From Balanoglossus misakiensis (taxonomy: Eukaryota > Animalia > Hemichordata), in assembly GCA_040954595.2 (NCBI GenBank), contig CM082576.2:4438760-4502759 (forward strand): a stretch of DNA of 64,000 bases, given 5' to 3'. The notes below the pieces were generated by a model. That model saw only the letters and a program-made list of their open reading frames with translations, ran no database searches and had not been told where the DNA came from. How positions within the stretch are numbered: the stretch's first letter is position 1; each line of letters begins with the position of its first letter. Made by a program: the position numbers and the translations under genes. Of this stretch, positions 25,401 through 39,100 are shown piece after piece.

Positions 25401-28098
25401 ATATGTGGTTACCAGAGATGAGAGCCAAGCTGGCTAGTGGGTACAGCAAAGCTTTTGATATGCAGGAACATGAAAAACTAGCAGCACTAGGTCAGTAATG
25501 CCTATATGCTTCTGTGACTTTGATGTGTACATCATTATGCATGTTCAATTTGTTTGTGATACGATCCAATATGGCTGTCAGTGGCGCTGTGGTGTGTGCT
25601 TGGCATGTAACTAAAATCTGCCACATCCAGTTTTGTTTACATTTGGCTCAATGACAATGTGTAATGTCATATATTGATTGTTTGTTTGCATCATGATTTT
25701 TCTTGTCAAGGAATCCAACCAGCCACTATGTCAGCTGATCAGTCTGAATTACCAGCAAATAAACCACCAGTAGAAAAGATGCAGAATTTCATTGCAAATA
25801 TCCATGACAACTGGTAGGTTCTTTTACAGATTCATTTGTGTGATTCATAATTGCAAAAAGGGTAATTAAATGTCTACATGTACACCAGTATATTTTTATC
25901 AATGTTAATTTTAACAAATCTGGATGATAATATATTCCACAGTTTTATGGTAGAGATTTTGTTCTTTTTGCTTTCAGTTATCACATCCTTGGCAATGCAG
26001 GACCCAGCCTAGGTTATGAATTCTACATGGCTCCAAATCTAAATCAAGTGATTATCAATTCAGTTTTTGTCAATCTGGAGCACATACCAGATCACAGGCT
26101 GCGTCCAATCATTCATATCCTTTTTAACAAGAGTTGACAAATTTCAGTGTGAGTGAGTTGGTGAGTGGATGTACTCTGGGTTGTAAATTCTTGATTAATC
26201 TTGATGTTGTTGTCCTTGACTGAACTTTCACGTGTGTTTATGAGGGCCTTTGTGCAACACTGTCCCAGTGAGTGTCAGACGACTGTTCTGGTGCCAATTC
26301 TGCATCATCTCTGTTTCATCATGATGGACAAACTCTCTGCCAAGTGGGAACTGATGCACAAGAGACTTGAAATGAGGTGAGTTGAGATCTGTACTGAGAT
26401 TCATCATTGCATTTTCAATTTGACTTCCATCTGTGCAATAGCAGAATGGTGCTTAATTTAGGGAGCAGTTTGGCAGCCATTTTGAATTTTAAATGAAGTG
26501 TGTTCTGTATTCAGGCAGATTTCATAATGATTGACCCCTTAAAAAATAAAATAATATTTGGATTTTCTTTTCAAATTGTAAACAAACCACATACTATTTT
26601 TTTTATGTTTACACAGTGGAGCTGATGAAGAGTCCGAGGTGGATCTGGAATCACAGGAAGTCCTAGAAGACCAAATGACAAGACTTCTAACCAGGGAATA
26701 CATGGACCTGCTTTGTAAGTTGACATATTTTCCCTGAGTTGGAAATGTCCAATGGTGTATTCTCCCAAAGGTTACATTATGGATTGGTTACAATTGGAAA
26801 CTTACCAGTGGCTCTTTTCGTGCTTTCAGCTGTGTTTTTCAAAGCAGGCAGAACTGCAGAGAGCGGTGCTACCATGGAGATGGGAGAAGAGGAACCTGAA
26901 AGCTCGGTAACCTTGAGCGATGACAAGGCAACAATCAGTGAACTTGGAAAATGTCTTTTGCAAGATGAGGTACGTTGGTTCAAAGAGAACACATGGTTAT
27001 TTGTGGTTCAGTATTCGGCACTTACCTGGATATTAAAATCACAAGTGATATAAAATGTTCTTTTTTTTTTCCACAGGGTTTATGCCAGGTGCTTTTGCTG
27101 TCGGTCTTTTCAGCCCTGTCATGGAATGACACAACCACCTGTATGAAAGCTATCAACATATGCAAATTAGTATGTCATGTGGTAAGACGACTGAATTTTT
27201 TCCAGTAACAGATTCCGCATGGTTTATGCACTTAACCCACCCATCCAGAGACTGTAGCTGATGTACACATTTATTCGTTTCAGGCAATGACCAAACTTTT
27301 CATGGCCGAGGCTGCTAAACAGTTGCTGATCATGGTTCTGCGCGGTCTTGAAGTTCAAGGTGAACATGACACCTGCCAGTCTGCTCTAGTGGGGCTGGCT
27401 TTTGAAATGTATGAAATGATGGTAAGAACTGAAACATTTGGGCAATTGGGGGAGGGGGGGGGGAGGTAGACTGGCCAAGTCATAGTATTTACTTTCTTTT
27501 CGATTTTTACTCAATTCTGTTGAAACATACACAGAATGACTCGGAACTTGCTCTGTACATGTAGCTTCATTCTAAACCCCATTCCTTGTCTCTTGATCTG
27601 TTGCCATAGAGACCCAAATACTCGGAGTTGACATCAGTGCTGTTACAAATCCCAGGATGCAGTGGTGATGCAGTGAGGAAGTTTGACGAGAGATGCGTTC
27701 TGATGACTGCGTCCGGCAAGGCGCAGGGAGACAAGAAACGCAAAGAGGCATTCAAGAAACTAATCTCAGGGATTATCGGGGTATGCATGTGTTTTCTTAG
27801 AAGTGTCATGTCATGTCAGAAGCTAATTTTTCACCTGTTTTAGGGCAAGAAACATTTTGAATTTATGATCTGTTTGATGACACAGCCAGCCATGATATCA
27901 GTTTGTATTTCCATCGCCATTGTAATAATTAATTGTGGTCTTGTTCCCTAGCGACCACTTGGCCAGCTGTTCAAGAGTGAAAAGGTAGTCATACCCAACC
28001 TGCCTCCACTGTTCCGGTTGCCAAGGAAACGACCACAGGTGAAGCTTGAAACATGCTCGGAAGATGTTGGACTCGTAGCTCTGTTTGGTGGCAAGTAA
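19483..28098 (+). CDS. XPO5: Exportin-5 (pre-miRNA nuclear exporter), about 1190 aa, 28 exons
   Basis: Motifs QLVKAV..MDP, IRHFGLQLLEH..KFRWN, SRIVVEMVKREWPQHWP, GFPS..CAYSRLDFDSDEEF, VRRHACS, PLGQLF..NLPPLF. Exons: 19483-19572, 19881-20002, 20151-20223, 20327-20464, 20615-20797, 20977-21009, 21265-21450, 21727-21803, 21994-22093, 22212-22424, 22576-22666, 22919-23032, 23258-23415, 23554-23649, 23940-23981, 24179-24268, 24564-24929, 25134-25249, 25390-25490, 25711-25813, 25978-26114, 26232-26376, 26617-26714, 26830-26969, 27077-27181, 27284-27421, 27610-27780, 27952-28098 (3573 nt, in frame). Confidence 0.93.
26115..26231 (+). other. U12-type (minor spliceosome) AT-AC intron in XPO5
   Basis: 5' splice site ATATCCTTT, branch point TCCTTGAC at 26213-26220, 3' end ...TTTCAC. 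Removing it restores the frame RLRPIIRVFMRAFVQHCP. Confidence 0.92.
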
Positions 28099-28592
28099 AC
28101 AAGAAGAGGCATCATATGATGCATCAATGGACTAACGAACAACTGAAGATCATCAAAAATTTTCAAGGTCGGAACTCTAAAGAGGGAACTTGGGAGGGTG
28201 AAAGGGTTAATGAACCCTTGGTATTGGTGTTGTGACATTTTATGCCATGCTTTCCAGGTGCTGAACTTCGCTGGAATTTTATTGATGATCGAAATGATTG
28301 TTGGAAAGTGGAATCCCATTCTTGGGGGGATTTCAAATTATAGACTTTTTAAGTATGAACTTTAGGTTCATAGTTCTGTAAGCCTTTTTTTTCAAGCATC
28401 ATTGGCATATTATTTATTGATCCTCACTTCTACAGCTGGAATTTTCACATAAAAAGAATGACATGCGCCTGCAAAAGTCCCTTAAACATGTGCCATTATT
28501 GAGTGAGAGTACTATTAGGGTAACCCTTTGTACCAGTTTTCTTGCTGTCAAAAGTACAATATGATTGTGCATCGAGACAGACGTGGGAGAAG

Positions 28593-28653
28593 GAGGGTGG
28601 GGGGGGGGGGGTAGTAGTAGGACATGTTACCCCCCCCCCCCCCCCCCTACCTC
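28593..28653. repeat. Opposed G13 and C18 homopolymer runs (inverted repeat) between XPO5 and MLH3
   Basis: GAGGGT-G13 (28599-28611), an 18 nt spacer, then C18 (28630-28647)-TACCTC. Confidence 0.8.
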
Positions 28654-28969
28654 ACAGCTAAACATTTAGAGCAATGGAATAGCCACCATGCATTAATAAA
28701 GAATCATTGATAATTCTTAAAGATCTGACTCTGAATTCCTTTTTATTTTTAACATTGTTTACAGATAAAAACAAAACATTGTAAATTAGACAAATATTCT
28801 TTCCAATAGAAATACATTTAGGTCTCCATTGGTGAAAAATATACAAATGCAGAAAATTTTTCAATGTTACATTCAGATTTTGAATTACATTAAAATATTC
28901 CATGAGTCAGCATAATACCATTTCTTCTTCCCCTCTTGGACGGCTTCAGTTTATCCGCTTTAATACTGC

Positions 28970-31900
28970 TTACAATTCCAAATCTTGTTCTCTGTCTTCA
29001 GCCATCATCTGTTTCAGTTTCCACAGTTTGGGTTTTCCTGACCCCTGCGGGAAAATGTTTGTCTGTCAAAAAGACGAATGGGGAATACTCATCCACCTGA
29101 AAGTCAATCTCCAGGTATGCCAAAAAGTGGGAATTATATCACAGTTATATTTTCCGCAGAATCATAAATACATGCAGGTCATGATGTCATTCCTTGCAAC
29201 CTGACCCTCTAGTGACGTGATGTCAGTCAGCCATTTTTTTTACAAAGTTCAAAAGACCTCTGCTTGCTATGTATATTGTGTCCAACTTTGACAGATACTC
29301 TATACAGATAGTCTATACACTTTCAAAATTTGTGTGGGTATTGCTCATAAGAGAGTATATATGCACCTTTGTTTGCAACTGTTTTTGCAGCACTTTGAGA
29401 TCGATGATGGGTGCCAGAGAGGGTCTACCATGGGCACACTGGAACGGCAGACAGCATCTGGAAAGCGACTTGATCAGAGACACACACTCATGGTGTTGCA
29501 GTGGGTCGCCAAATTTTATGGCGCCTACAGAAACAGAAACATAAAGTTGTCAGGAGACACAACAGTTGCAGGTTGTACGCACATGGATAAACTTTGAATA
29601 CAAAGTACACTTCCTTAACATAGGTTTGACAATTTTTGCAAAGTTAGAGATGGACTCATCAATTAATAGGTTTTCCGCAAGATTGAATTGTTGTTCCATG
29701 TTCAATGTCCCACTTACCATGACATGCCTGAGAATAAAGCACTTTCGTCAGTGTTCTTGGTAGAACGGCTGATGCCCCTGAAGTCTGCTGCAGCAAATCG
29801 ATGTGTTCTTTCAACAAAGTCTGAAAAAGTGAAAAAATGTGACAAGACTAACATGACTAACATTTGCGAAGGTAAGTGAAGCCACTGCCAAGAGAACGGC
29901 TAAACTTTCCAAAGTGGCAAAAAAGGCAGCAATACAGTATAGCATCAGTATAGCACCAACTTATCCTGTCTCATCAAATTTACGCTTGACGACATGATTT
30001 TTTCCCATGGGTTTTTATTTTACCTCAATGATTGAAATGGCCACTGGTTCTCTCCCTCTGCGGACCTGGTTGGCCTCCCTTTCCATCAGACATGCAGGTA
30101 AGCTACTGATTTGGATGTCAGTTTCCCCACAGACATCAAATGTCACTCCCAGTCTGGATATATCTTGGCGAAATGTCTGCAGCAGACGAACCTCTGGTGG
30201 TGTCAGTGAGATGGTTACTGGAGGAGTTACGAGGGATGATTTGATCTGCGCTTTGACGTCCGCGTCTGGGTTATTTTCATCTGTTTCATAGGCATCTGTT
30301 GAAACGTAACATAACATAGTTTGGTGATTTTTTTGGCAAACTTGTTTGTTTGATGTCATCACACTTGGTCTTGGTGCTAAAAAATCATATGTACAGAGAG
30401 CATGCATTGTTCAATCTCTCTACATTGTCAAATGGCATTTATTGGGGCATGCAATGTTTGCGAACAGTATGTACATGTAGGCACTCACCCTGTGTGAGCT
30501 GTTCCAGCCTGACTCTTTCGTGGGCCGCGTGCTGGTCTATCAGGACAATGAGGTTAGGATCTGCGATGTCATTGCTCTCACTGTTGGTGTCAATCAGACA
30601 CGCCACAAACTTATCGTCCACTTGTCCCAACACCTGTGTGGCGGGAAGAGAACAAAATCAGTTTGGTATCAAACAATCAGAGTGGAATCTTTGGTGGGCG
30701 TGTTTGCTTCTACCATGCCACCCCTTCTGTTCTCAAGTCCCAAAATGACACAATAGTTTGTGTGTACTGGCAAATGTTATAAAGGCATATGTACATTGGA
30801 TGTTGACGAACCTGGACAGTGTCAAACATATCCTTGGTGAACTTGTACTGGTTGACAGTTCCACGGATCTTGACTTGGTTTCTGTTTGCGGGTTGACTGG
30901 CGGCACTTGCATCCAAGACACTGGTTTCTGGTACAGGGAACACAGGGTTCTGCCATGCCTTGAACAACTCATCTATTTGACCACTTTCTATGGAAAGATT
31001 TAATTGTGTGATTTTCAGACTTTGTCATTTTGCATAGTAATACATGACATTAGTACTAAAATTGGTAAAACTGTTACTTCCCCTTTTTAACTCTCAGCAC
31101 AAATTTTCCAGTAAATGTTCCACAAACTAGAAAACTCAACTTAACTAACCATCAGCTTGGTATCTTTTCTGGTCTCTCCATTTGGAAGCCACATCATCAC
31201 TCTGCTCTTCCACATAATCTTCCCACATGTGACTGATGTCGGATCTCTCCGCGTCTCTGCTGCTATCATGCACGGAATCTCTCTCTGTGGATTGCAACAG
31301 TCTCTCCTTCTTGCCTTTTGGCAGAAATGGTGTTGCATTGTGGGATAGGTAGGGATGAACTGTGAAATTGTCACCTGTTATAAAGGACAAGATAAATATT
31401 TTACTATTGTCATCGCATGTAGCATACTAGGCTCGAAGTACTTGTTCCACTACAGACCACGCTGTTCAATATCTTCTGACACTGTCTAGGTTATTTTTGT
31501 ACCATTTTGCTTTTATCAAAACTTATCTGAAATCTTACCTGATGCATTCATAGCTGTACAGATAGAGCTGCTGGCACCAGTGATGTGTTCCACTTCAGCG
31601 ACATTTGGTTGTAGTTCTGTCTTCGACGGTGGAACAAATCTGGTTTCTCCTGTTGTCAGGTCCACATACAGCCTCTTTCCCAGACTGACGTCAAATCTGC
31701 AAATCCAATTGTTGCCAAGAGTCTCTGATTCGCCGGAGGAGCTGCCGACCCCAGTCTGACCTTTCTCATTTGTCTCTTGCAGCTCTTCAGCCTCTGCAGT
31801 TTTCAGTGGAGTGTTTCCATGGATACTATCAGGGTTTACATCATCTCTAGTTCCATCAGCTGAAGATGACATATCCTGATGGGTGTCAGTGTAGTCTCTG

Positions 31901-34900
31901 CTTTTGTCTTCAGCAAGAACAGTGTTTATGTTTTCAGAATTATCTGGTACCAGAATAGCTGTCTCAACCGGATTTTCACCAGTGTCACCAGAAACTTCTG
32001 CTTCTTTAGATTTTTCCCCACCACTGTTTTCTGTCATTTCTTCCACATGGTCATGCTGAATCGTACTTCCCTCATCAGGTTTACTCTCACTGGCCTTTCC
32101 TTCAGTCCACTTTCTCACTCTGTCTTCATTTGTGCCGCAGAGTTTCTTGCTTGTACAATTCTCAGGTTTGCCATCTGCCTTCCTTTTTGGCTTCGTGTTT
32201 TCTCCTTCACATGGCATTCGTTCTTCGCTGCCAGCATCATTAGCCATCTGCAACACCACATCAGTTTCCATGGTGTTCTGATCTGCTTTTGGACGACATT
32301 TCTCCCCAACTCTTCCATCCGTGTTCTGGCCCTCTTCCCGGATATGATGCAGATTGTCCCCAACCGTCTGCACGAAACTGCGGCTGCTGGCAAACCATTT
32401 CCTCCTCGACTCACCATCACCATGTAAACGGCTTGTGGATGGATCGACGGAGCGTTTGACCACCGTAAATGACTGAGGATTACTTCTGCTCTCTGAAATT
32501 TTCTGACTCAGTTTACTGAGATCAGGCTTCCTGACTTTGGTACTTTTGAACGAGTGCAGGCTGGGGACAGATGGAACACATCTGTCTTCAGTTCTCTCTG
32601 TTCCACTGCTCGCCCTTTGGTCATGTCGGGCAATATTTCTTTCTACAGGCATATTTGTGCTGATCAGTTCTGGCCCGCTGGGATTCACCTGTCCACGCCT
32701 ACTGACTGTCGGATGAGCATTGTCCTGATGAGGAATGTCGGATTTATTCCCACACACTTGATGTGATGTTTCAATTGTCATACTCTTCCCATTATTCTCT
32801 CCTTCCTTTTCCTGATGTTGATTCTCCTCTTTTCCGCTGTCTTTATGTCCTCTATCATTTAAATCAGTCAAAATGTCGAGAGGTTGTGGCTTGGCGCGTG
32901 GGAACTTGGATCTCAAGCCGAGACTGAAGGATGTTGAAAGAACAATGGGTTTCTCATTTGTAACTGTGCCCCTTTGCAATTCTGTTGCATTCTGTAACTT
33001 GGCAGCATGCAGTGTGTCACTTGTAACTGCAGGCTTATCAAATTTCACAATGTCACCTCTGAGAGTTTCACTTCTTCTCCCAAGTTGGCTTGTTTCAGAG
33101 GGCTTCACATTCCTTCTGAACTGCTGGAGAGAACTTGTGTAGTCCTTGAGTCTTATGTGACCCGTGTTCCCCAGTCTTTCCATGGTGGTTCCTTGTCGGG
33201 CTTCCTTCAGCTTGTCGTACAAGAGTCTCATACTGGAACTTCCAATCTTCCGCTCGGCACCACCGAAAATTCCAGAGCTTGTTTGTGGCAATGTGCTGCC
33301 TCCAGTCTCTAGCTCTGTATCTGTTCTACGAATCAGAGCGTGTGCTCTGTCCTTCAGAGCAGAAGTTTCTGAGTTATCAGTTGCTGGAGGTGGTTTATCT
33401 GTCACTTTAATCACATGGCTTTGCTCATCGCTGCACACTCTCTCAGCATCAGTTTTGTTGTCAGTATCAGTTCCTGCCCCACGATTCTCTTTACCATTGT
33501 CAGATTTCTCCTTGATGCTGTCAGCTTCCTGTAATTCGTTTACAATTGTCGAATCTGCCAACTCTGCCGTTTTCATGTTCCTGCTTTCATCTGTGACGTT
33601 GGATTCCAAAGTGTTCATGTCACTCTGTGGATCGAAGTTGTGTTCCTGTTCTTTTTGTGCGTCTTCACAGCTGTTGGTTTTACTACTGTGACACTGTCTT
33701 TTTGCTGGAAATGACTGCAAGGTGTTGGAATAGTTCAGCGTTGAAATTCCACCACCATACCTATCTGTGGACGGACTGTCTCTTGCAAAGACACTGAAAT
33801 CATACTTGGATGTGTCTCCTGTCTCGTCTCGTACTCTCTCATCACTGTTCTCCATCTCATCTTCCTCTTTTGTCGCGCCAATGGTGCATTCTTCATCGCT
33901 TAGCAGTGCCTCTAGTTCAATCAAGTCTTTGGGCATGTCTACCTTCATGGTGAGATTTTCTTTCTTCAAGAACTCCACAATCAGATGCTCCATACACTGT
34001 AAGACACTTTCCCAGTCTCTGAACTCAACAAGAGTCTTGGCTGGTTCCAGACAGATGTCGTACTCTGACAAGGGGCAACGTATGTCAAGGACATACATAG
34101 GATGCAAGTCGGTGTTTCTTGGAGAAGCAACAAAATCGCCACCTGATTCCTTCGATCTTGATGTGCCAAACACAACGCCACCTCTACTTTTGACGATGAG
34201 GGACTTTGACAGAAGCAGATTTACAAGTTTGTGTAATTTTGTTTTGAGAACAAGTCTGCCGTTAATGTAAATGAACTGTATATTCTTATTGGTATGTCCT
34301 TCAATGCCAATGTGACCTGCTATTTTAATCTGGTTATGGAAATAAGAAGCATCTCTCAAGCTCTTTGCTTTGCCCATGCCAAATATTTGCCCAAAGGTGT
34401 TGAGAACAGAATTTGTCTTGTGTGTCTGCAGTACTTTGACTCCGCTGTAGTCATTTCTAAGTGTGAAAGAAATTGAATTTTGTAATAGGGCAATACTCTC
34501 CAAGCGCTGCCGAGCTCTCTCGAAGTCGAGCGATGGCAAAAGTGCTTTCCTTCTGACAGGGAAATTGTGAAAGAAATCGTGTACGGTTATGGTTGTACCG
34601 ATGCTCGGTCTTGGCTGCTTGGCTTCAAAGACTTCCAGGGGTTTGCCGTTTTTGAACAGTTTACAAAAAGTCTTGCTGCTACACTTTGATCGCGATGTGA
34701 TCTCAAGTACTCCAGTAACATCCCTCAAGCTGGCAAGTGCTTCACCACGAAAGCCAAAATAGCGTAAATTCTCTAAATCTGCGATGCTGTGGCATTTGCT
34801 CGTAGCATACCGTTCTCCGATAATCCGCATCTGATCTTTGTTTATTCCACTGCCATTGTCAATGACTTGTACTTTGTAGTTGGGCGCATCTACTCTGACC

Positions 34901-35040
34901 GCAATACACGTAGCTCCAGCATCACAACTGTTCAGGACCAGTTCTTCGACGCACTGAGCTAAACTGGTGATGGCAACTCCTGATCTCAGACGAGATCGCA
35001 CTTCTTCAGATAAAGGCTTGATGTTACCAATGTCCATCAT
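28970..35040 (-). CDS. MLH3: DNA mismatch repair / meiotic crossover endonuclease MLH3, about 1551 aa, 8 coding exons
   Basis: GHKL ATPase motifs [24 protein letters not shown] and [11 protein letters not shown]-terminal [12 protein letters not shown] endonuclease motif, ACHGAIKFGD and [10 protein letters not shown]. Exons 35040-31539, 31374-31150, 30987-30812, 30633-30489, 30295-30024, 29820-29718, 29524-29367, 29044-28970 (4656 nt, in frame). Confidence 0.95.
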
Positions 35041-36172
35041 GGATATTTAATAAAATGCATAAATTTACAATCGAGTGTTTTCTTTACTCGTCGCACATGT
35101 CTCCGCTCCTTGTGTACTATTAGCAACAGTTACCATGGTAGCACAAGTTGGCGTCTTCACGATGACGCGGAAACCAGGCGGTTTCTTTGCATTGCATCAG
35201 TCGTAGAACATCCGATCCGACAAATACGTGTTTTATACTACATCGGTGAAGGGACATTACCTGTAAGTCCTCCATGAAGAAGTTATTTACTTCACACGCC
35301 ACGTCCAGCGTTATGGTCTGCCAACTGCAGCCCGTACATCCGAATCTCGCGCACAGCTTCCAAACTGTGAGGGCGAACGAGTACTGAAGTTTGAGTCAGA
35401 TTTGGCTCGATTTCAAATTCGGTTTCGGATTTGTTTTCCGGTCAAGTAACTTAACGTATTGAATTTTGAAATTTATATTACAGTCATTTGATTTATATAC
35501 TATTGGCGTTTATTCAGTGTATTGTGATAAAGTACCCTTCTAGTCTACTGTCTATAGAGACCCTTCAAGTTGAACCCGAAAGCGAACCTGAATCAGAAAC
35601 CGAACGCCAGCATCACGTTTGACCCGGGATGACCTCATCTGAGGTCGCGAGTTGGTGAAAGTACACTGACGTCATTGTTTGCCACATGTGTGTGGCTGTC
35701 ATATGGCGGATGGCGTGATGTCTGATGTGTTAAATTTTGGCGCCCGCCATGTGGTGATGCTGTTGTGACCTGGATGCCATCACTGCCGCACGTGTTATTG
35801 TGGAAGGTCTCTTATCTGCGATAGAGAACCAAGAAATTTGGGAAACCATTGAACGTCCATTTAATGTTTCGAACTGATGTGCCACATTGTACACGTTTTT
35901 TGGCGTGTAATACCTAATGGGACATCTGTTTTGCATTTTAAACGCGTCACCGATCAACAAGTTTATACATCACATAGATATTGTTGTACAACACTTCATC
36001 CTTCGGTTGGCCAAGGTCGGCGTCTGTTGTGCGCATGAAATTCATATGTAAATCTGTAACTGAAACCAGATCGACATAGTATTCATCGGCGTGTGTGTTG
36101 TCTTCAGTTCAAGTTCAGGAGCGAGATTGTCAGTGTCACTAGGTTGCTCCCCTCCCTCCGCGTGAAATAACC
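35041..36172. promoter_or_regulatory. Probable divergent (head-to-head) promoter region of MLH3 and SLC25A29-like A
   Basis: Oppositely oriented start codons 1.13 kb apart in a CpG-enriched interval. It contains a CRE-like TGACGTCA near 35667 and YY1-like cores (ATATGGCGG near 35701, CGCCATGT near 35744). Confidence 0.55.
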
Positions 36173-39100
36173 ATGGAAACCGAAGCTGCGATTACGCATG
36201 TCCTTCCCCCGAAACCGAAAATTAAGTATGAAGAGTTGTTGGATTTTGTGGGTGGTTGTTTTGGCGGTAAGTTCACCTATTTATTTATGCGAAAAACCAC
36301 AGTATGTGTTCTATAATTCGTATAAAATTTGTTTTGCTGCCGAGTGTCGTACTGCCTTCCATATGTGACGAAATATTTGTTTTATATTTGCTGTTTTCTC
36401 AAGGCCTCCATCCATGCTGTCACTAGGGAAACAACTTATATTTTATTGATAATTGCCAATGCAGTTATTGCGCAAAATCAAAAACCTGGCATCTAATTTT
36501 TTTTCCACCCTGCTCCGAGGTGTTCCAACATGGGGTGATGGACCTATAAGGTCGACAAGGTCACAGAGTCTGAAAATGGCTAAGGCACAATGACGCGCGG
36601 TGATGGCAACTAATTGTATTTTGTTTGCACTTCGGGCATTTTCTTTCATCAAAAAGCAAAAAATACAACTTGAATAGCTCAGACCATAATGTTTCCCTAA
36701 GTAGGTCGTCTCAAATGGATGATGCAACATCAATATTCAGGGTATATGTTTACTTTTTAAATTTCAACAACACAAACAGAGAATGTGATAAGGGTACATG
36801 TACTTTACAGTTGAGGATGTTTAGTGGGGGGGGGGGGGGGGACAGGGAGTTATTTCAGTTTAGATTATTCGAAATATGTCATATACTTTATCTGTTTACA
36901 AAAAACTTAGCAATATTTTTGTTATTGTTGTAAAGTTAATTATTTTTTTTTATTGTTGAATGCAAAATAGTTTGGCTGTACCAATAGAAGCACAAAGTTC
37001 ACTTACAATACAAACAATAGAACCCTTTTCTGCAACATTCTACTTTGCGAAATATGTACTATGTTTTCTTTGCAGGAATTGCTGGTGTTGTCGTTGGACA
37101 TCCATTTGACACAGTCAAGGTTAGTGCGTCCTAACATGATAGTTGTGTCCTCTTTTTTGTACATTAATGATTCAGTCCTTTCTCTTTAATTTGGTGGTCA
37201 TCTATGGATGATTTACAAGTTAAAGAGGTGTTATTGTAATTTTGGCATTTATGAGAAAGTCTGCCCAATTTAGCAGCTAAATTTCGTAAATGCCTGATTA
37301 AGCAAATAAAAAGTCAGCGAGCTACCACCTGTTTGACCTAGTGAGCATACTGAGTGACCAATCTTTATTTCTGTATCTGTAACTAATAAATATTAACAAA
37401 TGAACTCAATAGTAAACTTGATTCTTCTTGATGGTGACTTTTTTGTTGCTAATTTTTCAAACTTAAAAATGGTATGAGGCCAGAGTTTGTTTGACAGCAT
37501 CATTTCCTTTAAATAATTTGAAACAAAGCCTTCTGCATTTGCTATAAAATGGGTAAAAATATGACATTTTTGGTCACATAAAGCTACCATATTATGGTAA
37601 ATGGTGCCACGTAATTCAATGTGTGCTAGAGTGGTGTGACCCAAAATATCTCATGCGCAAACATTTTTTAGGGATTTTAGCCAGTCTGCAATTTTTAAAT
37701 GACATTCTATAGTTCAACATTGATTGCAAAACTGGAAATTCAATAAATTATATTTTCTGCATTTTCCTGTATTGATTTGATATTTTGTGTGAATAGGCAA
37801 CATCTTTATAACACAGACCAATTATTTTGACAAAATTGTGGTGCTATGTGACCTGAATTAACAGAACTGAAACTTGTGGTCTTTTCAATTCAAACGCATT
37901 TTGCCTTCATGGCATTTAGCATTTACAGTGTAGTATGTTAGGATACAAGTATGTCAAATGCATATACCTGATGGAAATGTTGTCTGCCCAAATGAACTTT
38001 TTTTTACCATGACTGACCTTAAAATGGGAGTGTGTATTGTACAGAAAGCTGGATATCTTTACAGAACATTGTCTATTCTGGCCCTGGCAAAAGTGCTTTC
38101 AAATTAAATCCCTCTGAATAGTCACTAGATTTTCTTTCTGAATGGATGGTGTGATCAAGGACTAAACTACGGTAGCTGGCTTTTTCCATTGTTGTCTGGC
38201 TCTAAATAGGAAAAACCTTTCAGACTGCTCTGTTGTTGCAGTCCCACCAGAATAATGAATCAACATGACACGATCTGTGTCTTACTTCGCTTCACTTCCC
38301 AGGCTAGGTACACTAACATTTATGCGGTCATTCCCTTGTGAGGGGACACTGCACCGGAAATTAGGAGAAATGGGGGTCATTTTAGAGCTGACTGGTTTTA
38401 TGGTGTGGTTGATAGTATCACATAATTCTTTTTACCATCAACTCATTTTCTGTCTGATTTTGTCTTTTTCTATCCATTTGAAATTTTTCCTGAGACTGTT
38501 CTGTACTTTTTACAGAATATATTGTAGTCTTTCAAATTTCAATAAAATTTTGGCATGAAAATTGATGAATCATGAAAATAAAGGTTATCTTCATTCTACT
38601 GAACAAAACATTTTTTCTCTCTGATTTTAGGTTCGCCTTCAAACACAAGTCAATTCTGGTTCCACCAATCTCAATCCTACACCAGTGGAAGCAATGAGAC
38701 CAGCTGTAGAATATGCAACTGTGGTCAAGAATTTTCCAGTAAGTCAAAACTTATGGTGGTAAATAATTACCCTCAAACTCAGGGGAAAAAAGTCTGACAC
38801 TAACAAGAAAAACCTTAAAATTAAATGCCAAATAATTATTCTATGGTAACCAGGAATATAAAGTCAACAACGAAATTATTTTCTTGGATACTTGGTTTCA
38901 AAGTTATCATTTTAGATTCGCACAACCAGAAGACGCAGGATTTTTTCCAGGCTGAGAATATGTACGACTGCTTCAACTTTGCTAACAGTGGGCTTGAGTT
39001 CTGATAACACGTTTGATGCTCGCGAAACATTCCAAACATGCCACTTGAAAACTGCCTGTGGTGGTAGCAAACGACACAAACACTCTGGTATAGTCATTTA

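Noticed and set aside
31879-34476. Several + strand ORFs of up to 182 aa
   Set aside because: They are antisense shadows of the large MLH3 exon, with no independent motif or splice support.
35100-35270. Possible non-coding first exon/intron of MLH3 (minus-strand donor near 35260)
   Set aside because: It is plausible, but the acceptor and TSS cannot be fixed without transcript data.
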